Origin: an uncultured Deferribacteres bacterium
GTDB lineage: Bacteria; Zhuqueibacterota; Zhuqueibacteria; Zhuqueibacterales; Geothermadaptataceae
Direction: 5' to 3'
NCBI GenBank assembly: GCA_964014485.1
Contig: CAXHAT010000054.1
Coordinates: 1 to 41,841, forward strand
DNA: 41,841 bases
This document shows, one piece after another, positions 28,773 to 39,167 of this stretch (position 1 is its first letter; each line of letters opens with the position of its first letter). The notes below the pieces were generated by a model. That model was not told where the DNA came from. It made no database searches and was given only the letters and a program-made list of their open reading frames with translations. Both the position numbers and the translations under genes were made by a program.

Positions 28773-31700
28773 ATGAACACTCAGCGTAACCTGGAGAAAG
28801 TTTTTACGACGATTTCGTGCGTTTTGCTGTTGGCTTTTAGCATCGGGGTGCAAAATGCAAGTGCGCAAAAGCTCGACATGAAAAAGCTGGAAGGCATGAA
28901 GGCTCGCAGCATTGGCCCGGCCGGCATGAGCGGACGCGTCACGGCGATTGACGTTGTTCTGGACGACACGGACATTATTTATCTGGGCACGGCCTCCGGC
29001 GGTCTGTGGAAATCCACCAGCGGCGGCGTTGACTGGAAGCCCATTTTTGACGATCAACCAGTCGCCTCGATAGGCGCATTGGCCATCGACCAAAACAACC
29101 CGGACGTGGTTTGGGTTGGCACGGGAGAAGGCAATCCGCGCAACACGCAAAACAGCGGCGACGGCGTTTTCAAATCGATGGATGCAGGTAAAACCTGGAA
29201 ATTTATGGGGCTGAAAAATTCCCGGAATATCCATCGCATGATCATCGATCCCCGTAACCCAAACGTCGTTTTCGCTGGCGTTCAAGGCTCGGCCTGGGGC
29301 GACCATGAAGAGCGCGGCGTTTACAAAACCACCGACGGCGGCAAGACCTGGAACAAAATTCTCTACAACGGTCCGGGAACCGGCGTTGCCGAAATGGTGA
29401 TGGATCCGACGAACCCGAACAAGATTTTCGTCGCGATGTGGGAATTCCGCCGCTTGCCTTGGTTCATGACTTCCGGCGGCCCAACTTCCGGGCTTTACGT
29501 CACCCACGACGGCGGCGAAACCTGGGTTCAGCGCACCAGCGAAGACGGCATTCCTAAAGGCGATCTCGGCCGCATGGGGCTGGCTATTTCCCGCGCCAAT
29601 CCGAATCGCGTTTGGGCTCTGATAGAATCGAAGAAAAACGCGCTCTACCGCTCCGATGACGGCGGCGCCACTTTCAGCAAAATTTCCGAAGATCGCGGCA
29701 TTGGTAACCGGCCGTTCTATTATTTTGAAATTCACGCTGATACCAAGAACGAAAATCGTCTTTACAGTCTACATTCCGGGGTCACGGTCTCCGAAGACGG
29801 CGGTAAGACTTTCGCATCGCTTTTTAACCGTCAAACCAGCGTTCACCCCGATCACCACGCCTTCTGGATTCATCCGGACGATCCTAATTTTATCATTGAC
29901 GGCAACGACGGCGGCGCGGCGATTTCTCGTGATCGCGGCGTGACCTGGCATTTTGTTGAGAACCTGCCTGTCGGCCAGTTCTACCATGTAAACGTCGACA
30001 ACGATTTTCCTTACAACATTATGGGCGGGATGCAGGACAACGGCTCGTGGCACGGCCCAGCCTACGCTTTCAAATCCGGCGGTATCCGTAACGGCTACTT
30101 CCAGGAAATTTTCTTTGGCGACGGCTTCGACGTTCTGCCGGATGCGAGCGATTCGCGCTATGTTTACGCCATGTCGCAGGGCGGCAACGTTGGTCGTGTT
30201 GATTTAAAGACCGGACATTCGAAGTTTGTGAAGCCTGTCCATGCTGACGGCGAGCAACTGCGTTTTAACTGGAACGCCGCCATCGCACACGATCCGTTCG
30301 ATGACAAAACCATTTACTACGGCAGCCAGTTCGTCCACAAAAGCACGAATCGCGGCGACACGTGGGAAGTGATCTCGCCTGATCTTACGACCGACGATCC
30401 TGAGAAGCAAAAGCAGCTCGTAAGCGGCGGCTTGACCTACGACGTTACGAACGCGGAAAACTTCACCACAATTTTGGCCATCGAGCCAAGCACGGTCGAG
30501 CAGGGCGTGATGTGGGTCGGCACCGACGATGGTAACATTCAGATCACCCGAGACGGCGGCGAGTCCTGGACGAATGTGATCAAAAATATCAAAAAGGGCC
30601 CGCCGGAAGGTACATGGGTTCCGCAAATCCGCGCCTCAACGCGCAACGGCGGCGAAGCGTTTGTGGTTTTCGACGATCACCGGCGCAACAACTGGGAAAC
30701 CTACGTTTACCACACCAAAGACTACGGCAAATCCTGGAAATCATTGGCGAATGACGAAGACGTTGCCGGTTTTGCGTTGGCCATAGCGCAAGATCCGGAA
30801 GAAGAAAATCTTCTTTTCTTGGGTACGGAATTCGGGCTTTACGTCAGCATCGATTTCGGCGAAAATTGGACTAAGTGGACGAACGGCTATCCGACCGTTT
30901 CGACGATGGATTTGGTCATCCACCCGACGGAACATGATCTCGCTATCGCCACGTTCGGCCGCTCGCTCTACGTTCTGGACGACATTCGGCCTTTGCGTGA
31001 ACTGGCGCGCGACGGCGCTGACCTGCTCGACAAACCGCTGTACACTTTTACCGCACCGGACGCTTACCACGCGATCAACCAGCAAGCGGCGGGGACGCGT
31101 TTTTATGGCAACGCTATCTTCCGCGGCGAAAACCGCAGGCGCGGCGCCATGATTACGTTTGCATTCAATCCGCCGAAAAAAGCGGAAATGACCAACGGCG
31201 CCAACATGACAAACGGGCGCAACGGCTCTGATGACACGCCGGCCGGCAGACCGAGAGGACGCGGACCTCAAGGCAACCGCGTCAAGTTTGAGGTCTTGAA
31301 TGCTGACGGCGAAGTGATTCGCACATTTACGCGTGAAGCCAAGCCCGGATTGAACCGCATGAGCTGGGGACTGGAGCGCAAAGGCGTTCGTATGCCGAAT
31401 CCGTTCCGTCGTTTTCGTCGCGGGGGTCAAGAGCGCCGCAACGAAGAACCGGGCGGCCCTGGCGTCCTTCCGGGAACTTATACGGTTCGTTTGAGTCACG
31501 GAGAAAACACTTCCGAGACGACTGTCAACGTGAAAATGGATCCTCGCGTCGAAGTTTCATTAGCGGCATTGAAAGCGCGCGATGCTCTTTATGATAAGTA
31601 TGCGCCGAAAATGGCGGTGCTTGGCAAGGCGATGGAACGCATGACCAAAGCCGGTGAAACGGTCAAATTGGTTAACGGTCGCTTGGCTGACCGTAAGGAT

Positions 31701-32039
31701 GACGACGCGAAAGCGTTGAAAAAGCAGGCGAAAGAGATCGGCGATAAGCTTAAAGAACTGAATGCCGTACTCAATGGCAAACCGGCTCCGCAAGGCTTTA
31801 GCCGCGATCCGAATACGGTGATGTCAAAGGTTTTCACGGCCCGTCGCTACTTGCAAAACGGCTTCGATATGCCCGGTAAAACGGAAGAAATCGTCGCCAA
31901 GCAAGCGATGGAAGCGATGGAAGGCGCGCTCGAACAAATCAATGCGTTCTTCGCAGATGATTGGGCGGCCTACACCAAGGCCGTTGACGCCGCGAACATT
32001 TCGCTTTTTGAGACTTATGAACCGCTAAAAATCAACTAA
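28773..32039 (+). CDS. Secreted VPS10/sortilin-like BNR(Asp-box)-repeat glycosyl hydrolase-like protein, paralog 1
   Basis: Signal peptide; RSIGPAGMSGRV, many SxDGGxTW Asp-boxes, DHHAFWI, QFYHV, GGMQDNG, RFNWN.I and a C-terminal coiled coil; RBS aggagg. Confidence 0.9.
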   Translation: MNTQRNLEKVFTTISCVLLLAFSIGVQNASAQKLDMKKLEGMKARSIGPAGMSGRVTAIDVVLDDTDIIYLGTASGGLWKSTSGGVDWKPIFDDQPVASIGALAIDQNNPDVVWVGTGEGNPRNTQNSGDGVFKSMDAGKTWKFMGLKNSRNIHRMIIDPRNPNVVFAGVQGSAWGDHEERGVYKTTDGGKTWNKILYNGPGTGVAEMVMDPTNPNKIFVAMWEFRRLPWFMTSGGPTSGLYVTHDGGETWVQRTSEDGIPKGDLGRMGLAISRANPNRVWALIESKKNALYRSDDGGATFSKISEDRGIGNRPFYYFEIHADTKNENRLYSLHSGVTVSEDGGKTFASLFNRQTSVHPDHHAFWIHPDDPNFIIDGNDGGAAISRDRGVTWHFVENLPVGQFYHVNVDNDFPYNIMGGMQDNGSWHGPAYAFKSGGIRNGYFQEIFFGDGFDVLPDASDSRYVYAMSQGGNVGRVDLKTGHSKFVKPVHADGEQLRFNWNAAIAHDPFDDKTIYYGSQFVHKSTNRGDTWEVISPDLTTDDPEKQKQLVSGGLTYDVTNAENFTTILAIEPSTVEQGVMWVGTDDGNIQITRDGGESWTNVIKNIKKGPPEGTWVPQIRASTRNGGEAFVVFDDHRRNNWETYVYHTKDYGKSWKSLANDEDVAGFALAIAQDPEEENLLFLGTEFGLYVSIDFGENWTKWTNGYPTVSTMDLVIHPTEHDLAIATFGRSLYVLDDIRPLRELARDGADLLDKPLYTFTAPDAYHAINQQAAGTRFYGNAIFRGENRRRGAMITFAFNPPKKAEMTNGANMTNGRNGSDDTPAGRPRGRGPQGNRVKFEVLNADGEVIRTFTREAKPGLNRMSWGLERKGVRMPNPFRRFRRGGQERRNEEPGGPGVLPGTYTVRLSHGENTSETTVNVKMDPRVEVSLAALKARDALYDKYAPKMAVLGKAMERMTKAGETVKLVNGRLADRKDDDAKALKKQAKEIGDKLKELNAVLNGKPAPQGFSRDPNTVMSKVFTARRYLQNGFDMPGKTEEIVAKQAMEAMEGALEQINAFFADDWAAYTKAVDAANISLFETYEPLKIN

Positions 32040-32045
32040 CCTTGC

Positions 32046-32078
32046 GTCGTGACGACTGCCCTGGTCGTCACGGCTTTC
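32046..32078 (+). terminator. Hairpin after VPS10 paralog 1
   Basis: gtcgtgacgac / gtcgtcacggc stem followed by tttc. Confidence 0.55.
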
Positions 32079-32081
32079 ATT

Positions 32082-32133
32082 CGCTCTACACCCGACAAGG
32101 AAAATGATAAAACTAATGGTAGGGTGTAGAGCG
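32082..32133. repeat. REP-like inverted pair (GTAG/GTCG-GGTGTAGAGCG)
   Basis: cgctctacacccgac at 32082-32096 and gtagggtgtagagcg at 32119-32133 (14/15 complementary). Confidence 0.55.
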
Positions 32134-32330
32134 CTTATGGAAAGCGAAATGGAGATCAAACAATCTAAGGGGCAAACCGGAACTGCGCTCGGGGATGCTA
32201 ACGGCTAAATGGCTGTAAATTAATTCATTTATTAAACTTTTGTCCCGAAAGGAAAAGTTGATTGAATACGACCAATCATCGCCACCGTTTGCCCAGTTTC
32301 TATCATCGACTGCGAAGAAAAAATACAAGT

Positions 32331-33224
32331 TTGAAAACCTGTGTCTTGTTGTTAATTATGCTCACATGCCCTTGTATTTTTGGGCAGGAGAAACAACCCG
32401 TCATTTTGGATGCTGACACCGGAAATGAAGTCGATGACCTTTTTGCCGTATCGCGCGCGTTGATTGAACCTTCATGGAATATTCTGGCTCTTAACGCAAC
32501 ACATTGGCAAACCAGTCACTGGGCCGAGCCGCAGTCTATGGAGAACAGCCATCGAATCAATCAGATGATATTAGGGCATCTTGGTCTGTCAGTCAAAACG
32601 AGAAGAGGCGGGGCGGCGCGCATGTACGATTGGGGCGATCAAGCCCAGCACTCAGCGGCGGCGTATGAAATTATCAAGCAGGCCAAGTTCATGCCTGAAG
32701 GACAAAAGCTCACAGTCATTGCGCTTGGCGCTTTGACCAATGTATCCTCGGCCATCTACATCGACCCTTCCATCGAATCCCGCATAAAACTATACTGGCT
32801 CGGAACCGATTACGATTTTGAGAACAATATTCTGTCTCAAACGGATTTCAATTGCGTGATGGACGTGCAAGCCTTGGCGATCATGCTAAGATCGAAAGTG
32901 GAAATGCATGTCATGCCCATAAGCGTCGCTTTGAACATGGAGTTTGAATTCTCGGAAACTGAGAAAAAGCTCAGGGGCAAGCATCCGCTCGGAGATTTGT
33001 TGTGTGATCGCTGGTTCAACCACCTGGACGGTCTGCGAAAGAAACGCGCGATCTGGGATTTGGCTTTGGTGCAAGCCATGCTTCATCCCGAATGGACGGA
33101 AAAGGTGACCATAATCACCTCAGCGGACAATGGCGGTAGAGAGATTCACTACTTTAAAGCCATCGATGCGGATAAGATGAAAGAAGAATTTTTTGCAAAG
33201 TTGTTGGCGTTTTTCGATAAGTAG
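32331..33224 (+). CDS. Nucleoside hydrolase-family protein with a predicted signal peptide
   Basis: [13 protein letters not shown]sp-rich Ca-binding motif, LGALTNV, DFN and IWD; hydrophobic N-terminus from TTG 32331 (start uncertain). Confidence 0.85.
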   Translation: MKTCVLLLIMLTCPCIFGQEKQPVILDADTGNEVDDLFAVSRALIEPSWNILALNATHWQTSHWAEPQSMENSHRINQMILGHLGLSVKTRRGGAARMYDWGDQAQHSAAAYEIIKQAKFMPEGQKLTVIALGALTNVSSAIYIDPSIESRIKLYWLGTDYDFENNILSQTDFNCVMDVQALAIMLRSKVEMHVMPISVALNMEFEFSETEKKLRGKHPLGDLLCDRWFNHLDGLRKKRAIWDLALVQAMLHPEWTEKVTIITSADNGGREIHYFKAIDADKMKEEFFAKLLAFFDK

Positions 33225-33262
33225 TTGTTGAACGTCGTCTCAAAACCTTCAAACGGTCTACA

Positions 33263-34090
33263 ATGGAAAGAAGCTACAGTTCTCCGGTCGATAAGCTTTT
33301 AACACAGGGCGATTGTCGAGAAAGTCACGCTAAATGGCCTGATTATTTAAAATTAGGTTTTACGCACGAGCATGTTCCGGAACTGATCCGCATGGTTCTG
33401 GATGAAGATTTGAATTGGGCGGATTCTGATAGTCTGGAAGTGTGGGCGCCGATTCACGCCTGGAGAACGCTTGCTCAACTAAAAGCAAGCGCCGCCGTAG
33501 AGCCTTTGTTAGGGGAATTGTACAAAATCGATGATGAGGATGATGACTGGATAATCGAAGAGTTTCCCAAGGTATTTGAACTAATTGGCCCGCCCGCTAT
33601 CGATGCGCTAGAAAAGTACCTCAAAAGCAATGATCACGGCGTACATGCGCGTATTTGCGCTGCCAGCAGCCTGAGGAATATAGGAAAGGCGTATCTCGAA
33701 GAACGTGACCAATGTGTGAAAATATTTACAAAATTACTCACAAACGCTCGAAAGAACGATCCAACTCTGAATGGATTTTTGATCAGTGATTTGGTCGATC
33801 TTCAAGCGACGGAATCTCTTGAAATTATTCGTTCTGCATTCGACGGTGACTATGTCGATCTCTTTATCATGGGGGATTTCGAAGATGTTGAAATATACAT
33901 GGGCGTCAGGACGCAGAGATCAACGCCGCCGCCTCGATTTGAATTGTTTAAGGAAGATGCGTTCAGTATCCCGGGGTTGTCTAAAAAGAGCAAAACAGGT
34001 CGTAATGATCCATGCCCGTGCGGCAGCGGCAAGAAATACAAAAAATGCTGCTGGAAAAAGGAGCAAATCGCAACCGCCGGAAATCTTTAA
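33263..34090 (+). CDS. DUF1186-like HEAT-repeat protein with a C-terminal SEC-C motif
   Basis: [17 protein letters not shown], helical repeats and [18 protein letters not shown]. Confidence 0.85.
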   Translation: MERSYSSPVDKLLTQGDCRESHAKWPDYLKLGFTHEHVPELIRMVLDEDLNWADSDSLEVWAPIHAWRTLAQLKASAAVEPLLGELYKIDDEDDDWIIEEFPKVFELIGPPAIDALEKYLKSNDHGVHARICAASSLRNIGKAYLEERDQCVKIFTKLLTNARKNDPTLNGFLISDLVDLQATESLEIIRSAFDGDYVDLFIMGDFEDVEIYMGVRTQRSTPPPRFELFKEDAFSIPGLSKKSKTGRNDPCPCGSGKKYKKCCWKKEQIATAGNL

Positions 34091-34194
34091 ACGCAGCAAA
34101 ACTTCGTTAAAATTACAGGTTCTCCGCAATTTGCAAACACTCTTTCCTGAAGCGCCTAAAATCATCCAATGTCAACCTCTATATTTGTAACACA

Positions 34195-34242
34195 AAATTC
34201 CGGCAAGAATGGTTTGGCTGAAGACGGAAAAAGCGTTAGAAT
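34195..34242 (+). promoter_or_regulatory. 48-bp direct repeat, copy 1, containing a sigma70-type promoter
   Basis: TTGGCT (34214-34219)-N17-TAGAAT (34237-34242); 44/48 identical to 35869-35916. Confidence 0.75.
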
Positions 34243-34272
34243 TTTGAAACGGTGAATTCAGAGAGTTTGGAA

Positions 34273-35697
34273 ATGGACGACGCTCATCTACGAAAATTAA
34301 TCGACCAGGGCGAAAGCATGACGGTTGAGTTTAAACGATCTCGAAACAAGCTCAGCAAAGATGTTTTCGAGTCAATCTGCGCTTTTCTGAATCGCCACGG
34401 CGGTCATTTGTTTTTAGGCGTTTCGGATAATGGCGAAATCACTGGCGTCGCCTACAATGCCGTCGATAAGATGCTGAACAGCCTGGCCACGGCGCTGAAC
34501 AATCCACAAAAGCTATCGCCGCCGTTTTATTTGTCTCCCCAAGTTGTTACTCTTGATGACCAGACGGTGATTTACATCCGCGTGCCGGAAAGCTCGCAGG
34601 TGCATTGCACGGCAGGCCAATTCTTCGATCGCAATGATGACGGGGATTTTAATATTACCGGCCAAGCCGCGCGGATCGCGCAGCTTTATCAGCGCAAGCA
34701 GAGCGTTTATAGCGAAAATACCATTTATCCCTATGCTCAATTGGCCGATTTCCGCTCTGATTTGATTGAGCGTGCACGCATTCGTGCGAAAAACGAAAAC
34801 GGGGGAAGCCATCCGTGGTTTGAGATGGATGACGAGTCGCTCCTGAAAAGCGCCCAGCTCTACAAGAAAGATTTGCAAGCGGGCAAAGAAGGTTTCACGC
34901 TTGCGGCGATTTTGTTGTTTGGTAAAGATGAGACCATTTTGAACGCACTTCCCCATCACAAAACAGACGCGATTTTACGCCGGGTCAATTTAGACCGCTA
35001 CGATGACCGCGACGACATCCGCACCAATTTGCTGGAAAGCTATGACCGACTGATGGCATTTGTCGCCAAACATCTGCCGGATCCGTTTTACCTGGAAGGC
35101 GACGTTCGCATCAGTCTGCGCAACAAAATTTTTCGTGAGGCCGTGGCGAATATTTTGATCCACCGGGAATATGCCAACGCTTACCCGGCGAAGATGATCA
35201 TCGAACGGAGCCGCGTGTTGTTCGAAAATGCAAATCGCTCCCAGGGACACGGCGAAATCGATCCAGCCAGCTTCACGCCTTTTCCCAAAAACCCTGTCAT
35301 TGCACGTGTTTTCAAAGAAATGGGCTTTGCCGATGAGCTGGGTTCGGGTGTAAGGAATCTCTTCAAATATACCGGCGCATACTCTGGAGGCCGTCAGCCG
35401 CAGCTTCTGGAAGGCGACGTGTTTCGAATTGTAGTGCCGATGAACGAAACCGTTGCCGAAGAAGTCACCGAGCAAGTCACCGAGCAAGTCACCGAGCAAG
35501 TCACCGAGCAAGCTATCTTAAGCTATTGTCTTTCTGCACGTACTGCAAGAGAGATCATGGAATATCTGGGATTAAAACATAGAGAACACTTTCGTGCGGA
35601 AATTTTACAGCCATTGCTTAGGAAAAAAGCTTTACTTATGACGGTTCCTGACAAACCGAACAGTTCCAAACAAAAATATTACACAAACAAAAGTTAA
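34273..35697 (+). CDS. Schlafen/AlbA_2 domain + HATPase_c_4 (RecG-C-like) + C-terminal HTH protein
   Basis: GESMTVEFKRS, ICAFLN..GG.LFLGVSDNG, REAVANILIHREY, PKNPVIARVF..MG.ADELGSG and a C-terminal PDKPNSSKQKY; alternative GTG start at 34252. Confidence 0.88.
   Translation: MDDAHLRKLIDQGESMTVEFKRSRNKLSKDVFESICAFLNRHGGHLFLGVSDNGEITGVAYNAVDKMLNSLATALNNPQKLSPPFYLSPQVVTLDDQTVIYIRVPESSQVHCTAGQFFDRNDDGDFNITGQAARIAQLYQRKQSVYSENTIYPYAQLADFRSDLIERARIRAKNENGGSHPWFEMDDESLLKSAQLYKKDLQAGKEGFTLAAILLFGKDETILNALPHHKTDAILRRVNLDRYDDRDDIRTNLLESYDRLMAFVAKHLPDPFYLEGDVRISLRNKIFREAVANILIHREYANAYPAKMIIERSRVLFENANRSQGHGEIDPASFTPFPKNPVIARVFKEMGFADELGSGVRNLFKYTGAYSGGRQPQLLEGDVFRIVVPMNETVAEEVTEQVTEQVTEQVTEQAILSYCLSARTAREIMEYLGLKHREHFRAEILQPLLRKKALLMTVPDKPNSSKQKYYTNKS
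35462..35512 (+). repeat. In-frame 12-bp tandem repeat x4 (VTEQ)
   Basis: (aagtcaccgagc)4 plus aag, all copies perfect. Confidence 0.95.
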
Positions 35698-35868
35698 ATG
35701 AGAAATAAGTGGGAGACGGTCGAAACTTTTTGCGGAAACTGAGCTCGTTGTTGTCGGAACTGTTGCTGAAATTTTTTTGAGTTCGTCGGGAAGATGCAAG
35801 AAAAATTAAAAATAGTCTGCTGGCGCAGCTAAATGAATGGACGATGATTTTCTATTGACGCTGAGGAC

Positions 35869-35916
35869 AAATTCCGGCAAGAAATGTTTGGCTGGAGACG
35901 GAAAAAACGTTAGAAT
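35869..35916 (+). promoter_or_regulatory. 48-bp direct repeat, copy 2, containing a sigma70-type promoter
   Basis: TTGGCT (35888-35893)-N17-TAGAAT (35911-35916), 75 bp upstream of ATG 35991. Confidence 0.75.
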
Positions 35917-35990
35917 CAAAAAGCGACGATTTCAGGGAATTGGAAAATTGTCGACGGCTCATCATTTTAATGCAAAGGAGGAACAAGGAG

Positions 35991-38900
35991 ATGGCAAGTT
36001 TCAAAAAACTCATGACCGGCTGCCTGCTCAGCTTGCTGACAATTTCGCTGTTTTCAACGGCGGGATTGGCGCAGAAGAAGAACGCGGGCGTGGACGAGAA
36101 GTATTTCGATGCGATGGAATATCGCAGCATCGGCCCGTATCGAGGCGGGCGCTCAGCGGCGGTGACGGGCGTGGCGAGCGATCCCATGCTCTATTACTTC
36201 GGCGGCACCGGCGGCGGCGTTTGGCGCACCAAAAACGGCGGCCAGAGCTGGGAAAACATTTCCGACGGCTATTTCGGCGGCTCCATCGGCGCGGTTGCGG
36301 TGAGCGAGTGGGACCCGAACGTGATTTATGTCGGCGGCGGCGAGAAGACCGTGCGCGGCAACGTTTCGTCGGGCTACGGCATGTTTAAGTCGGTCGACGC
36401 GGGCAAAACCTGGACGGAAATTGGCTTAAAGGATTCGCGGCACATCGCGCGCGTTCGCATTCATCCGCGCAACCCGGATTTGGTCTATGCGGCGGTTATG
36501 GGCCACCTCTACGGCCCGAATGAAGAGCGCGGCGTTTACCGGAGTAAAGACGGCGGACAGACGTGGGAACGCATCCTGTTCGCTAATGCAGACGCAGGCG
36601 CGGTTGATCTGATTTTTGACCCCACCAATCCGCGTAAAATGTTCGCTAGCACTTGGCGCATTCGTCGTACGCCCTACAGTCTGGAAAGCGGCGGCGAAGG
36701 CTCGGCGCTCTGGCGCTCCACCGACGGCGGCGACACTTGGGAAAATATTTCCGGCAACGACGGTCTGCCCGGCGGAAACTGGGGCATCAGCGGCGTGACC
36801 GTTTCCCCGGCCAATCCCAATCGCGTGTGGGCGATTATTGAAAATGAAAAAGGCGGCGTTTACCGTTCTGACGACGGCGGCGACTCCTGGCGGCGCATCA
36901 ATCAGGATCGCAACCTGCGTCAGCGCGCCTGGTACTACACGCGCATTTACGCCGACCCGCAAAATGAAGACATGGTTTACGTCCTGAACGTCCAGTTCTG
37001 GCGCTCGAAGGACGGCGGACGCACCTATGAAAGCATCCGCACGCCGCACGGGGATCATCACGATCTGTGGATTAACCCGAACAACACCAGCTACTTTGTC
37101 ATTGGCGACGACGGCGGCGCGCAGGTGACTTTTGACGCCGGGGAAGGGTTCAGCACTTACCATAATCAGCCGACGGCGCAGTATTATCGCGTGACCACGG
37201 ACAACAGCTTCCCTTACAGAATCTACGTTGCGCAGCAGGACAACTCGACCCAGCGCATCAATTCACGCTCCGATTTCGGCGCGATTACCGAGCGCGACTG
37301 GGAGTCCACTGCGGGCGGCGAAAGCGGCTGGATCGCTCCCGATCCGAAGGACAACGACATCGTTTACGGCGGCTCCTACGGCGGCTTTTTGCAGCGATTG
37401 AACCATCGCACACGCGAATCGCGCATGGTCAACGTTTGGCCGGACAATCCGATGGGACACGGCGCCGAGGGCATGAATCCGCGCTTCCAGTGGAACTTCC
37501 CGATTCTGTTCTCGCGCCACGATCACAACGTGCTCTACACAGCCGGGAACTTTCTCTACAAAACCACCAGCGAAGGCCAGCGCTGGGAAAAAATCAGCCC
37601 GGATTTGACTCGTAACGATCCTTCGCGGCTCGGCGCTTCCGGCGGCCCGATCACGAAGGACAACACCGGCGTTGAATATTATTGTACAATTTTCGCACTT
37701 TGTGAGAGCGTCAGCGAACCGGGCGTTATCTGGGCCGGCTCCGACGACGGCTTGATTCACATCACGCGCGACGGCGGCAAAAATTGGGACAACATTACGC
37801 CGCCGACGAAGATGCTCCCCGAATGGACGCAGATCAATAGCATCGATGCGCATCCTTTCGAGCCGGGCGGTCTTTACGTCGCCGCAACGGCCTACAAATC
37901 CGATGATTTTACGCCCTATCTTTATAAAACCACCGACTATGGCAAGTCGTGGACGAAAATCACCAACGGCATTGATCCGTTGCATTTTACCCGTGTGATC
38001 CGCGCCGATCCTGAGCGGCAGGGCTTGCTTTATGCAGGAACCGAGACCGGGATGTACGTTTCGTTCGACGACGGTTCAAACTGGCAGCCGTTCCAGTTGA
38101 ACCTGCCGATCGTGCCGATTACGGACCTGGCGCTTAGAAACAACGATTTGGTCGTCGCGACGCAGGGGCGTTCCGTTTGGGTGATGGATGATCTGACTCC
38201 GTTGCACCAGCTCTCCGACGAGTTGATGAAAAAAGACTGGTTTGTCTACCAACCGCGCGACGCTTATCTTGTGAGCGGCGGTTTTCGTTTTCGCGGGCCG
38301 TCGACAATGGGGCAAAACCCGCCCGGCGGGGCCGTGATCAATTATTATTTTTCCGAAGCGCCGGACAGCGCCAAACTATCGCTGACGATTATGGACGGCG
38401 CCGGAAATGAGATCAAAACCTACAAGCCGAAAGCGCGTCGTCCGGGTGACCGCCTTTCCGCAAAGGCTGGGATGAACCAATTCAATTGGAACTCAGTTTA
38501 TCCCGATGCTGAATCCTTTCAGGGCTTGATTATGTGGGCCGGCAGCGTTCGCGGGCCGCGCGCGGCTCCGGGAACCTACAAGGCGAAACTCACGGTCGGC
38601 GATGAATCGCAGGAAGTGTCTTTCAAATTGATGAAAGACCCGCGCTCCAGTTCTTCCGACGCCGATTTGAAAGAACAGTTCGAATTCCTGATTTCGTGCC
38701 GCGATAAATTGACCGAAACGCACAAGGCGATCAAACAGATTCGCGATGTGCGCGCTCAGGTAAAGGCGGTGACTGGCCGGATGAAGGGCGTGGACGGCGC
38801 TGAGGCGGTGATGGAAGTCAGCAAAGGCCTGCTTGGCAAGATAAAGACGATTGAAGAAGCGCTTTATCAAACCAAAAACCAGAGCCGGCAGGATCCGCTC

Positions 38901-39167
38901 AACTTCCCGATTCGCCTGAACAACAAATTGGCCGGGATCGCGGGCGTGGCCTCGCGCGGCAACTACAAGCCGACGGATCAGTTGTACGCCGTGAAAAAAG
39001 AGATCGTTGGACAGATTGACGCTGAGCTTGACAAACTGCGCACCGTGATCTCTGAAGATTTGCCGAAGTTCAACGAAGCGGTGAAAAACGCGGCTGTTCC
39101 CGCAGTGATGATCAAGAATGACGAAGCGAAAAAAGCGACGGATGAGACGGGGAGCGGGAGTCAGTGA
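35991..39167 (+). CDS. Secreted VPS10/sortilin-like BNR-repeat glycosyl hydrolase-like protein, paralog 2
   Basis: Signal peptide; YRSIGPYRGGRSAAV, Asp-boxes, QRAWYY, HGDHHDLWI, AQQDN, RFQWNFP and QDPLNFPIRLNNKL. Confidence 0.9.
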   Translation: MASFKKLMTGCLLSLLTISLFSTAGLAQKKNAGVDEKYFDAMEYRSIGPYRGGRSAAVTGVASDPMLYYFGGTGGGVWRTKNGGQSWENISDGYFGGSIGAVAVSEWDPNVIYVGGGEKTVRGNVSSGYGMFKSVDAGKTWTEIGLKDSRHIARVRIHPRNPDLVYAAVMGHLYGPNEERGVYRSKDGGQTWERILFANADAGAVDLIFDPTNPRKMFASTWRIRRTPYSLESGGEGSALWRSTDGGDTWENISGNDGLPGGNWGISGVTVSPANPNRVWAIIENEKGGVYRSDDGGDSWRRINQDRNLRQRAWYYTRIYADPQNEDMVYVLNVQFWRSKDGGRTYESIRTPHGDHHDLWINPNNTSYFVIGDDGGAQVTFDAGEGFSTYHNQPTAQYYRVTTDNSFPYRIYVAQQDNSTQRINSRSDFGAITERDWESTAGGESGWIAPDPKDNDIVYGGSYGGFLQRLNHRTRESRMVNVWPDNPMGHGAEGMNPRFQWNFPILFSRHDHNVLYTAGNFLYKTTSEGQRWEKISPDLTRNDPSRLGASGGPITKDNTGVEYYCTIFALCESVSEPGVIWAGSDDGLIHITRDGGKNWDNITPPTKMLPEWTQINSIDAHPFEPGGLYVAATAYKSDDFTPYLYKTTDYGKSWTKITNGIDPLHFTRVIRADPERQGLLYAGTETGMYVSFDDGSNWQPFQLNLPIVPITDLALRNNDLVVATQGRSVWVMDDLTPLHQLSDELMKKDWFVYQPRDAYLVSGGFRFRGPSTMGQNPPGGAVINYYFSEAPDSAKLSLTIMDGAGNEIKTYKPKARRPGDRLSAKAGMNQFNWNSVYPDAESFQGLIMWAGSVRGPRAAPGTYKAKLTVGDESQEVSFKLMKDPRSSSSDADLKEQFEFLISCRDKLTETHKAIKQIRDVRAQVKAVTGRMKGVDGAEAVMEVSKGLLGKIKTIEEALYQTKNQSRQDPLNFPIRLNNKLAGIAGVASRGNYKPTDQLYAVKKEIVGQIDAELDKLRTVISEDLPKFNEAVKNAAVPAVMIKNDEAKKATDETGSGSQ

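Noticed and set aside
32170..32220. c-di-GMP-I riboswitch-like GGCAAACC...GGGATGCTAA upstream of the nucleoside hydrolase
   Set aside because: It lacks the GNRA-capped P2 stem and a convincing P3/P1; an Infernal scan against Rfam would be needed to rescue it.
35462..35512. CRISPR array
   Set aside because: These are contiguous 12-bp units with no spacers, in frame inside a CDS, and there are no cas genes.
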